Virus record (IMG/VR): IMGVR_UViG_3300030061_002247
Span: 1-64,000 of that record
DNA: 64,000 nt
Direction: 5' to 3' (one strand)
Origin: a virus
Below, piece after piece: positions 10,933-20,347 of the stretch (positions are counted from its first letter, which is position 1; every line of letters starts with the position of its first letter). The notes beneath the pieces are model-generated. The model searched no databases and had not been told where the DNA came from. It worked only from the letters and a program-made list of their open reading frames with translations. The position numbers were made by a program, and so were the translations under genes.

Positions 10933-13900
10933 ATGGCAGAGAAAACATTCAGGGTAAAGAAAGGACTAGACGTAGAAGGACCTAACAAGGACTCCTCGAT
11001 AATAGACGGTGTACTCACTCTAGGCACTATCGGTAACATCAGCGGTGCATCTAGTTCGATACTGGCAATCAACTCGCTCGGCTCTGTCAACATCAATCTC
11101 GACACCAACACCAACGATACTAACAGCGTCTTCAAGATAAAGGAAGATGGGACAGACTTCTTCACCATGGACAACGATGGTAATATCACTATTGTGGGCG
11201 ACTTATCTTTGGGTGAAAGTAAGAAAATATACTTCAAATCCCCAGACACATACATCTATGCAGATACAGACTCATCCGAGGATTTGCACATAGGCTCAGA
11301 TGGGCATATAGAATTAGAGCCTGATAACGATTTACTAATTAAGGCAGGTAGTACCGAATACGTTAGATTCGATGGTAGTGAACAAAGAGTCGGTATAGGC
11401 ACGACAAGTCCTAGTTCAGCACTTCATGTCTTAGGAACAGATGCCATTCTAACTGTTGAAGACGCCTCGATAGGCATTGAAACACTTAGCAGGACTATGG
11501 CTGGAATAGACTTGATTTCAGCAGGTATGAACAGTGGTGCTTCCAAATACGGTACTGCACTCAAGTTCCTATCCTCAGACCCTCAACTAACGACAGAGAA
11601 TCCCAAGTTCTTAGCGGCTATTGTTCCAAGGGCCACAGAAACCTATTCGGCTGATACTGATGGTGGGATGGCGTTAGATTTCGCAGTCACAGACGATAAC
11701 CCCGGAACAACCAACGTCCCTTCTGTTGCTATGACGATAGACCATACAGGTAAAGTGGGGATTGGCGAGGCATCCCCATCCTATGACCTTCACGTAGTCG
11801 GTAGTGGATACTTCACAGACGACTTGATGGTGGGAAGCACTTCTCCCAACAAGATTACCCTGAACGGGAACGACCTTTACGTTGAGGGTCAGTTCGAGGC
11901 TGCGGGCACAGCCGGTTCGCACATCTACTCACTCGCTCTCGGTACGGCAACACCAACAGCGTCTTCAGAAGGTAAGTTCGAGACTTCAGGGGATGTCAAA
12001 GCGGGTTCGATGACAATCGGTGGACATACCTTCGATGACATAGACATAGGCACTGAGTTCGTGGATGCTGACGACCACATAATGTCATCCGGCGCAATCA
12101 AGGAGAAGATAGAGAGTTACAACTACCTAGCGAGCGTTGACATAAGCGCCAATACCAACCTAGCAGTGTCCTCACCGATAACACTGACTGGTGATACAGT
12201 GGGTCTGGACGACCCGATAAATCTGACTGAACTGACAGAATCAACGGATGCCACTGATGATAAGATTCTGCTTTGGGACGAGTCTGCCTCTTCATGGAAG
12301 TACATGACACTGGACAATCTCCAAGACTCGATAGACACCACAGCCTCAGGAGGCGCTTCTGCTCTGGATGGACTCACTGATGTTCTCATATCCGACAATT
12401 CGCTCTTCATCAACAACTTCGGTAGTGCACCCACCACAGGTACGTTGAGCACTGCCTCTGATAACTTGGCGATAGGTGATGCTGCCTTAAATAGTATAAC
12501 ATCGGGTGACCAAAACCTAGCGCTAGGATACCAAGCACTGACAGGAATAACGACTGGTGGCAACAACATAGGTCTAGGACCTTCTGCTGGGGCACAAGCC
12601 ACTGCTGGTATCACTGAATCGGTATTCATAGGAAACGGCGCTGGTTTCAGAATGGATGGAGATTACAACATAGCCCTAGGAACTGACTCGATGAAGGGGT
12701 CTTCCACCAACACCAACAACACCGGAGCAAACAACGTCGGCATAGGATACCTCGCACTCTTCGACATCACTTCCGCTGATAGGAACGTTGCTATAGGATA
12801 CGCACCTTTGCAGAACGCCACTACGGGTGGATACAACGTCGCAATAGGAAACAACACACTGGGCAGCATCACAACAGGTAGTGGCAACGTAGCAATAGGC
12901 AGTGGCACAGCAGACTTGCTCACCGATGGTGTAAGCAACGTAGCCATAGGCGCTGCGATGGGTGATGTTCATACTGGTGTAGATTACAATGTAGCGTTAG
13001 GATACCGAGCAGGACAATATCTGGGAAGCGGTGACAACGTTGCCATTGGTAAAGATGCCTTAGTAGGCTCATCAACGGCTACTGACAACACAGGCACTAG
13101 AAACGTGGCTATCGGAAAGAATGCGATGGATGAAATCACATCAGGTAGTGACAACGTTGCCATTGGTTTCAATGCGGCTGGCTCTTTCACTTCCTCCGCT
13201 AACTCTGTGGCGGTTGGTAGGGAAGCACTCAGTACCATCACCTCAGGCACAGCGAATACCGCTGTGGGGTATCAGGCTGGTAAGAACCTGACAGGCACAG
13301 GTAACGTAGCATTCGGACCTCAAGCCCTGCTCGGCCTGACATCAGGCACGATAAACGGGGGGTACAACATAGCAATGGGATACCAACCGATGTGGGAGAT
13401 ACAAACAGGGGACAAGAACCTCGCCATAGGTTTCGAGGCGATGCAGATGATTAGGACTGGCACTTCTAACATAGCAGTCGGCAATGAGACTATGAAGGAG
13501 GTAGATGATGGCGCTGACTACAATATCACGCTTGGATACCAAGCAGGGTACTACATCGGAAACAACGACAACGTAGCGATAGGATACCGAGCGATGAAAG
13601 GCTCTACGAGTTCAGGAAGCAATACGGGGAGCAAGAACATAGCGATAGGCTATACCGCAATGGAGTCCTACACCACAGCCACGGATAACGTAGCGATAGG
13701 TAGGAACGCACTTGGGGATGTCACCACTGGTAGCAACAACATAGCGATTGGGGAGCACGCTTTATCCGCAACAGACGGGGCTAGTGCTCATAACATAATG
13801 ATGGGGTACTTCGCTGGTACTAACTTGAAAGGTGGAGTAAACGTAGGTATAGGAAGCAATGCCCTTGCGGGTTCTGCAACCGTAGCAGACAACATAGGGA

Positions 13901-16900
13901 CGTACAACGTCGGTATCGGTCACTTCAACCTGTCAGTCATAACATCGGGTGACGATAACATAGGGATTGGGCAACTCGCTCTGAGAAATGTGTCCTCTGG
14001 TAATCAGAACATAGGCATAGGGCACGATGCGGGCACTGACATCACCACAGGCTCAGGGAACATCCTCATCGGCAAGGACTCAGGTCACAACATCGTTGAT
14101 GGTAGTTACAACGTGCTCATCGGTGAGGATGCTGGACAAAACATAACATCGGGTGATGACAACCTGATACTCCACGCAGGTGATAACTCAGCAGACGCAC
14201 CATCGAGTGCCACTGCTGACAGGCAGTTGAGGATAAGCAGCGGTAGCCATGTGTGGTTCTACGGGTATGATGGAAACCTGTATCTTGGTAGGAATTATCT
14301 CAGGCGATTCCCCGCTTCCGGTACAGACGCCCCCGGCTCTGACCTTGAGATAGGGGGTTCTGCTGGAACTGGCGCTGGGGTTGGTGGAGACATAAAATTA
14401 CAATACTCACCTGCTGGTTCAACCGGTGACACCAACAACGCTCATGTAGATGCTATAACGATTAGCGGTGCGACTGGTGATGTCACCATTCACAAGAATC
14501 TAATCGTGAGTGGCTCAACCACCACACTCAACACAGCAACCATGACTGTTGAAGACCATAACATAGTTCTCGGTAGTGGAAACGCAACTGCTGAGGTTGT
14601 GGATGGTACTGGCCTAACACTGGAGGGAGGGTCAGGAGACGACATCACATTCCAATACAACACGACAGACAACAGGATGGAACTGAAGCACGGCACTGCC
14701 TTTGAGGATTTCAAGGCAGGAACTGTGACAGGTACGTTCGTAGGCGATGTGACAGGCAATGTGAGTGGCACTGCTGCGACTGTCACAGGTGCGGCACAAT
14801 CAGCAATTACTTCTCTTGGAACTCTTACTGCTCTTACAGGTGGAACAGGGGATTTAATTTGGGATACAAATACTTTAGTTGTAGATTCTTCCACAAATCG
14901 GGTCGGAATAGGCACTACGAGTCCTGCATCCAAGTTAGAGGTAGTTGCTGCCCTTGCTCCATCATCTGCAACTCAATTCACATACGCTGAGACATTGAAG
15001 TTGGATGTAGCAGACAGTGGCACTGCCGAAGGTCCATCAATCAGATTCAGACATGGTGCGACCAGTGACCACAACGCTGCTGACTATCTGTTTCAAGTGA
15101 TGGGTGATGGTGGTAGTTCGGTATCTCACGAATACTCCTTCAACTATGGATGGAAGAAGTGGCATCACACCTCCGGCGCAGATGGCTTCAAGCCAGTAAT
15201 GAGATTCAGGGGGGCAGGAGACTCCGGTGCTGGTGGAACGCAATATGGAGAGATTATTCTAACTTCAACCGCTACTGCATGGGATGTCTATGATGGAACA
15301 CATACAGGTCTTGAGCCTTCTACATACAATAATCAGATAAAGTTGAGTGGTGGTGAAACATCTTACATCAACAATGGACAGAACTTCGGTATAGGCACTA
15401 CAAGTCCCGACCAACTGCTTCATGTCGTAGGTTCTTCCAATGACGATACTGTTGCGCTCTTCTCGACCGCAGGGGGGACTGGTGGTAGCACACAGGGTAC
15501 GGTTCACATCGGTCTGAGCCATTTTAGTAGCGATGCCAACCCCTCGGTGAGAATAGGGGCGGAGGAAAACGGAACAGGTAGTTATCAAGCAGCCATGACC
15601 TTCGGAACTAGGAGTGCGACTTCCGATGCCGCACCTGCTGAGAGGATGAGAATAACCCATGATGGCAAGGTCGGAATAGGCACAGCGAGTCCCGACTATA
15701 CACTAGACGTAGCAGGTAATATCGGTGTAGACCAGTACATCTACCATAATGGAGATGCTGATACTTACATCAACATGGGTGCTGATGATTTCAGAATAGT
15801 TTGTGGTAATGACTTGGCATTACATTATGATGAATCAAGTACTTCTGTTATGCATTTATCGTACAATGGAGAAGCAGACGTAAACATTGGTAATGGTCAC
15901 TTCTTCTTCGGAGGTTCACAAGGTTCGTATGATACTATGATGGCAATAGGTAGTACTACTCCTAAAGCGTTACTCGATGTAACTGCTACCAATAACCCCA
16001 CTATCTTACTCAATGCTAGAGACGCTAGTTATGCTGCTGATGACAAGATAGGCTCTCTGTTGTTCTACAACAATGAGGACTCATCGGGAGAGACAGGTAG
16101 TAGGATAGGTGCTGGTGTTAGGTTTGTCGCTACTGATGCGTATGGAAGAGGCAGGTTAGAATTGACCGCAGGGACAAGCAGCCCTATGAGCAGTTACAAT
16201 AGCACAGAAGATTATACAGACAATTCGATAGCACGTTTGTCAATCTTGACTACTAATGGTAATATCGGAATAGGCACTACGACTCCTGATGCGGCTTTAG
16301 ATATTGAACAGGCTGATGGGGCGGTTCACGGTTTGAAGGTGTATAGGAATGATTCAAGCACGTCTACCCCATTGGTCTATTTGCACGATGATAGCGTATA
16401 TGTGGATAATCCTACTCTTCATGTGAAGAACGATAGAACAGACCAATATGGATATGCGGCTGTCTTTGAAGGGAATGTCGGAATAGGTGATACAACCCCT
16501 TCCTTCCCATTAGAAATTAGAGCCGCTTCAACTTTTAATACAGTTAATGGTCACATCATGCTCACAGGTGACAGTGCTAATAACGGAGAAGGTCCACAAA
16601 TAGTATTTTCAGAAAGTGGTAGTGGTAGTAGTTTTGCTGGTGCTTATATTGGTCATGTAAGAACTGGTAGTAATAGTACAGGAGACTTAGTTTTTGCTAC
16701 AAGAGCAACAGGTGGGGATGATACCACAGTACCGACTGAGAGAATGCGTATTTTGTCTGATGGTAAGGTCGGAATAGGCTCTACAAACCCTCTGAATAAA
16801 TTGGTTGTTGCTCATAGTGCTGCCGATGGCGATAACGGAATGATGATTGTCAGAGTAGATTCAACAACAGCCGACGGCGACCTTCTTGGCGGTATCGGTT

Positions 16901-18396
16901 TTGATTCAAGTGATGGTAATGCACCAAGCAGCGTACTTGAGGCATCTGCTGGTATAGCGGCCTACGCAGCAGAAGACCATAGCACAGGTGACAAGGGCGG
17001 TCATTTGACATTCTTCACTTCACCTACCAACCAAGATGATGATACTACCTCTATTGAGAGAATGAGATTAACCTCCGAGGGATTCTTCGGTATAGGCACT
17101 ACAAGTCCCGGCGAGAAACTTCATGTTTCGGGAGGCAACGTCACTTTAGATGCAGGATATTACTACAACTTCAGGGACAGAAGCGACCTCGGTATGAAGG
17201 AAGACGATTATTCGATTTCTATAATGGCTCCTGAAGAGGTGTATATTCAGATAGATTCCAACAGCAATAACAGCGATAACACATTCTTTGCCGTTCAGAA
17301 AGATGGTAATGCAGTCGGAGGTGGGACTGAACTCTTCCGTGTCCATGAGAATGGTAATGTCGGAATAGGCATTGCGAGTCCCGTTCCGAAACTCCACGTC
17401 TACGCAAACAACACCACCACCAATCAGACGACCTCCGGTGCTGCAAGTATCACAATCGAGAACGATGGTACAGGTGACGCTGCCCTCAACTTCCTACTAA
17501 CGTCTGTGCAAAGATGGATGGTAGGAATTGACAACAGTGACTCTGACAAGTTCAAGATAGAAACAGGGGCTACTTCCCTTGGTACAGGAGCAGCACTCAC
17601 AATAGCGACCAATGGAGATATGGGAATCAATCAGACAAGCCCCGCTGCACTGCTACACCTCAAAGGCACTGAGGACTCATGGGACAAGCACATCAGGTTG
17701 GAGAACCACGACACCAGTGACTACGGTGCTATCGTGCAGGACAGCCAAGGTATGAAGTTCAGAGTCTTCAGCGATGGTGATGACTTCTACTTCAGAGACA
17801 ACGACAACAACACACTACTTCAGATTCAAGACGGTGCGGGTATCAAGTTCAACAACGCATACGAGTTCCCTACATCAGATGGAAACAACGGAGAAGTCTT
17901 AACAACAAATGGTAGTGGTACTCTTTCCTTTGCTTCGGCAGGTGGCTCTTCCACAGATTCGTTTATGATTTTCGGTGAGGAGTCAGACGACTATCTTGGC
18001 CCTGCTTCGGCAGGTAACTCAAACGGATTTTCATTCTCATATGGTAACGGGGCGCAGAACACTACCAAGTCATCAAGCGGTGCGGATTTCGGTATACCTC
18101 TAGGATGCGATTGTACCCTTAAGGCACTATACATTCACTTTGGTAACAAAAACTCTAGGACAAGTAGCACCAATATGAGTATAGATATATTCAAGAATCA
18201 ATCGGGACTAAATGACCCGATGACAGGTAACGCTAGTGGTAGTGGTGGTAATGCATTCGTCATGTCTAAGACTAACTACGATATTGATTTTGATGAGGGA
18301 GACACTTTCAACGTAAGAGTGGAATCACCGACCAGTTATTCTACCGCTACGCAAATTGGTCCTGCAAGAATGACGGCATATTTTGAGAGGAGATGA
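10933..18396 (+). CDS. Giant tail fibre/adhesin with YadA-head-like NxAIGxxA repeats and many GNVGIGTxxP modules
   Basis: 2487 aa; dozens of N(V/I)A(I/L)GxxA repeats (about 12460-14170) and more than 10 VGIGTxxP repeats. Confidence 0.8.
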   Translation: MAEKTFRVKKGLDVEGPNKDSSIIDGVLTLGTIGNISGASSSILAINSLGSVNINLDTNTNDTNSVFKIKEDGTDFFTMDNDGNITIVGDLSLGESKKIYFKSPDTYIYADTDSSEDLHIGSDGHIELEPDNDLLIKAGSTEYVRFDGSEQRVGIGTTSPSSALHVLGTDAILTVEDASIGIETLSRTMAGIDLISAGMNSGASKYGTALKFLSSDPQLTTENPKFLAAIVPRATETYSADTDGGMALDFAVTDDNPGTTNVPSVAMTIDHTGKVGIGEASPSYDLHVVGSGYFTDDLMVGSTSPNKITLNGNDLYVEGQFEAAGTAGSHIYSLALGTATPTASSEGKFETSGDVKAGSMTIGGHTFDDIDIGTEFVDADDHIMSSGAIKEKIESYNYLASVDISANTNLAVSSPITLTGDTVGLDDPINLTELTESTDATDDKILLWDESASSWKYMTLDNLQDSIDTTASGGASALDGLTDVLISDNSLFINNFGSAPTTGTLSTASDNLAIGDAALNSITSGDQNLALGYQALTGITTGGNNIGLGPSAGAQATAGITESVFIGNGAGFRMDGDYNIALGTDSMKGSSTNTNNTGANNVGIGYLALFDITSADRNVAIGYAPLQNATTGGYNVAIGNNTLGSITTGSGNVAIGSGTADLLTDGVSNVAIGAAMGDVHTGVDYNVALGYRAGQYLGSGDNVAIGKDALVGSSTATDNTGTRNVAIGKNAMDEITSGSDNVAIGFNAAGSFTSSANSVAVGREALSTITSGTANTAVGYQAGKNLTGTGNVAFGPQALLGLTSGTINGGYNIAMGYQPMWEIQTGDKNLAIGFEAMQMIRTGTSNIAVGNETMKEVDDGADYNITLGYQAGYYIGNNDNVAIGYRAMKGSTSSGSNTGSKNIAIGYTAMESYTTATDNVAIGRNALGDVTTGSNNIAIGEHALSATDGASAHNIMMGYFAGTNLKGGVNVGIGSNALAGSATVADNIGTYNVGIGHFNLSVITSGDDNIGIGQLALRNVSSGNQNIGIGHDAGTDITTGSGNILIGKDSGHNIVDGSYNVLIGEDAGQNITSGDDNLILHAGDNSADAPSSATADRQLRISSGSHVWFYGYDGNLYLGRNYLRRFPASGTDAPGSDLEIGGSAGTGAGVGGDIKLQYSPAGSTGDTNNAHVDAITISGATGDVTIHKNLIVSGSTTTLNTATMTVEDHNIVLGSGNATAEVVDGTGLTLEGGSGDDITFQYNTTDNRMELKHGTAFEDFKAGTVTGTFVGDVTGNVSGTAATVTGAAQSAITSLGTLTALTGGTGDLIWDTNTLVVDSSTNRVGIGTTSPASKLEVVAALAPSSATQFTYAETLKLDVADSGTAEGPSIRFRHGATSDHNAADYLFQVMGDGGSSVSHEYSFNYGWKKWHHTSGADGFKPVMRFRGAGDSGAGGTQYGEIILTSTATAWDVYDGTHTGLEPSTYNNQIKLSGGETSYINNGQNFGIGTTSPDQLLHVVGSSNDDTVALFSTAGGTGGSTQGTVHIGLSHFSSDANPSVRIGAEENGTGSYQAAMTFGTRSATSDAAPAERMRITHDGKVGIGTASPDYTLDVAGNIGVDQYIYHNGDADTYINMGADDFRIVCGNDLALHYDESSTSVMHLSYNGEADVNIGNGHFFFGGSQGSYDTMMAIGSTTPKALLDVTATNNPTILLNARDASYAADDKIGSLLFYNNEDSSGETGSRIGAGVRFVATDAYGRGRLELTAGTSSPMSSYNSTEDYTDNSIARLSILTTNGNIGIGTTTPDAALDIEQADGAVHGLKVYRNDSSTSTPLVYLHDDSVYVDNPTLHVKNDRTDQYGYAAVFEGNVGIGDTTPSFPLEIRAASTFNTVNGHIMLTGDSANNGEGPQIVFSESGSGSSFAGAYIGHVRTGSNSTGDLVFATRATGGDDTTVPTERMRILSDGKVGIGSTNPLNKLVVAHSAADGDNGMMIVRVDSTTADGDLLGGIGFDSSDGNAPSSVLEASAGIAAYAAEDHSTGDKGGHLTFFTSPTNQDDDTTSIERMRLTSEGFFGIGTTSPGEKLHVSGGNVTLDAGYYYNFRDRSDLGMKEDDYSISIMAPEEVYIQIDSNSNNSDNTFFAVQKDGNAVGGGTELFRVHENGNVGIGIASPVPKLHVYANNTTTNQTTSGAASITIENDGTGDAALNFLLTSVQRWMVGIDNSDSDKFKIETGATSLGTGAALTIATNGDMGINQTSPAALLHLKGTEDSWDKHIRLENHDTSDYGAIVQDSQGMKFRVFSDGDDFYFRDNDNNTLLQIQDGAGIKFNNAYEFPTSDGNNGEVLTTNGSGTLSFASAGGSSTDSFMIFGEESDDYLGPASAGNSNGFSFSYGNGAQNTTKSSSGADFGIPLGCDCTLKALYIHFGNKNSRTSSTNMSIDIFKNQSGLNDPMTGNASGSGGNAFVMSKTNYDIDFDEGDTFNVRVESPTSYSTATQIGPARMTAYFERR
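12460..14170 (+). repeat. Coding tandem repeat, about 14 aa period (N-x-A-I-G-x-x-A-x-x-x-x-T-x), beta-roll
   Basis: Seen in translation, e.g. DNLAIGDAALNSITSG, RNVAIGYAPLQNATTG, DNVAIGRNALGDVTTG. Confidence 0.85.
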
Positions 18397-18734
18397 TAAT
18401 TATGGGAGAGAATGTATGGAGCACAGTAGATGGAACGACTTGTAGAGCAAGCGACGTAATTATGAGTGTGGAACACTCTTATGATAAATTAAGGGCTTGT
18501 AGAGATTCTATAATAGAAAAATACGTAGACTACTACCAATCCAAACCACTACTGTACAATTCTCTCACAGATGCACAGAAAACAGAGTTAGGAGAATACA
18601 GACAGGCCCTGTTGGACTTACCTGCTACTGTGCTAGCAGCGGAGGGAAATGTCGTTATAACAGACTTGCCGGATTACTTTCCCGCACAACCTAGTTGGAT
18701 GAGTAGTCACCCTAATGGAATAATTCACACTTAG
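18393..18734 (+). CDS. Tail fibre assembly chaperone-like protein
   Basis: LRACRD...EYRQALLDLP...FPAQPSW matches the phage tail assembly chaperone pattern (R..R...YRQALRDLP...P..P); follows the fibre gene. Confidence 0.7.
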   Translation: MIIMGENVWSTVDGTTCRASDVIMSVEHSYDKLRACRDSIIEKYVDYYQSKPLLYNSLTDAQKTELGEYRQALLDLPATVLAAEGNVVITDLPDYFPAQPSWMSSHPNGIIHT

Positions 18735-19582
18735 ATTAAGACTCCTAGTCTTGTCATTATCTTCTCCAGTCTAGTTTGACTGTATGAGTGTGCTAGGTTG
18801 TATGCATATTCACCTGTTGATGTTAGCCTGTCCACGTGTATGTTCTCCTCTATCGGTATGCCATTGGACAATGCCCATGACACCAAAGACTCCGTTCTCA
18901 GATTACCCTGTGCTGAATCCACGGAGAAGCAACCGCCTAACCCACCTACAGAGCAGTCAAACTGTCTGATACCTGAGTCATAGGCAGCCTTGATGTATTC
19001 TGCACTATCTTCATTCACATGTAGATGTATACTCAGATTATCTGTAATCCTTCTTGCCTTCCTACACAAAGATGTAATGCTTTTGATAGTTGCATTACTA
19101 TCTGTATCACATAGCACAATACATTTTGATATGTCTTTTCCCCACTTTACACAGTCTAAAACGGCTTTTCTAGATACACCCTGACTAAATGCACAACTAA
19201 TGTACAACCTATTTATTGGTATATCCTTGCATTTATTTTGATATATACTCATTATATTTTGATATGTATTTTTTTGATTTGATTTATTGAAATCATCATC
19301 GGGGCTTATCACAACATTCACACTCTCAAGACCTAGTTCTATCGCTCTATCGAAGCCCTTCTCATTCACAACCAACAGGTCTCCACCTGTCTTCCTGTAG
19401 AGTTTACCACTTTCTCTCATTGGTAGTATAGAGGGGTGTACTAGACTACCTACCTCTATGTCCTCTATACCCGCACTCTTCAGTTTCTTGATTAGTTTGA
19501 TTTTCTTCCTCAGGGGAATGGCTCTTGGTAGACCCTGCAAACCATCTCTAGGACTCACCTCGTACAGGGATATAGCATTCAT
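18731..19582 (-). CDS. hmgL: Hydroxymethylglutaryl-CoA lyase-like protein (DRE-TIM metallolyase)
   Basis: EVSPRDGLQ, IEVGS, HLH metal motif, FDCSVGGLGGC and GNLRTE are all HMG-CoA lyase signatures. Confidence 0.85.
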   Translation of the reverse strand: MNAISLYEVSPRDGLQGLPRAIPLRKKIKLIKKLKSAGIEDIEVGSLVHPSILPMRESGKLYRKTGGDLLVVNEKGFDRAIELGLESVNVVISPDDDFNKSNQKNTYQNIMSIYQNKCKDIPINRLYISCAFSQGVSRKAVLDCVKWGKDISKCIVLCDTDSNATIKSITSLCRKARRITDNLSIHLHVNEDSAEYIKAAYDSGIRQFDCSVGGLGGCFSVDSAQGNLRTESLVSWALSNGIPIEENIHVDRLTSTGEYAYNLAHSYSQTRLEKIMTRLGVLI

Positions 19583-19716
19583 TCACTATCCCTACTAGAC
19601 CATACAAAATAGATGAGCAAACTTGTTGTAGCCAGTAAAAGCAAGGGGAATCCTAACGGTATCTCTATTTCCATGTCATTAACTACGCTGTCTATCACAC
19701 GTTGGTCAACAATCAT
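19579..19716 (-). CDS. Small membrane protein (45 aa, not in ORF track)
   Basis: MIVDQRVIDSVVNDMEIEIPLGFPLLLLATTSLLIYFVWSSRDSE; ATGA-coupled to the HMGL gene; one hydrophobic stretch. Confidence 0.5.
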   Translation of the reverse strand: MIVDQRVIDSVVNDMEIEIPLGFPLLLLATTSLLIYFVWSSRDSE

Positions 19717-19851
19717 TCTTCATCCCAATCCTCAAAAATCTCATTCATACATCTGATAAACATTGCAGTCTTACTATATCTTTTCATATCAATTCACACC
19801 TCCACCAATTAAATCTACTACTTGTCTTAACTTTTCTTAAACTCAAATCCA

Positions 19852-20208
19852 TCAATATCCCAACTCGAACTTACTCGGTTTCTTCATCTCACGAATCTGC
19901 TGTGCTGCGAATCTTATCTTCTGAGTACTGTGTAGATGCCAGAATGAGTCCTTGTCTACCTTGAACTCTTTTTCTATTAGTTGACATAATTCGTATCTTG
20001 AGGAGGTTTGGAGGTCTTTGTCTATCTTCAGACCGAGTACTTCTTTGACCTCGTCTTCAGTGTATTTTACCCTCTTGTCTAACCACACATACACTTGCCC
20101 CATTACACTCATGAGTTTTCGTGCAAACCATCGCCACAACATACTGGTGTAGATTCTACACCGACAGTAAATTATTGTTTCGTCTTCCTGTATGCCGAGT
20201 CCTGCCAA
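19852..20208 (-). CDS. Hypothetical protein
   Basis: ORF on the operon strand; the true start is probably an internal Met (MLWRWF). Confidence 0.5.
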   Translation of the reverse strand: MAGLGIQEDETIIYCRCRIYTSMLWRWFARKLMSVMGQVYVWLDKRVKYTEDEVKEVLGLKIDKDLQTSSRYELCQLIEKEFKVDKDSFWHLHSTQKIRFAAQQIREMKKPSKFELGY

Positions 20209-20347
20209 AAGTTACCACATTGCTTGCATTGCCAAAGGTTGATTCTTCTCTTTTCACCGTCTTGATAGCGAGCGTTGAGTCTTCTCGGAATATGCTTGTG
20301 ACCACAAGCACGACAAGTGACGTTCAGTTTGTCCAGTAGTCTTCCCA

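Noticed and set aside
257-17630. Many - strand ORFs opposite the tail genes, and + strand ORFs opposite the 18.7-54.6 kb arm
   Set aside because: Antisense shadows of long real ORFs, with no motifs or coupling.
10933-18396. Diversity-generating retroelement acting on the fibre gene
   Set aside because: No reverse transcriptase and no template/variable repeat pair differing at adenines was seen in the window.
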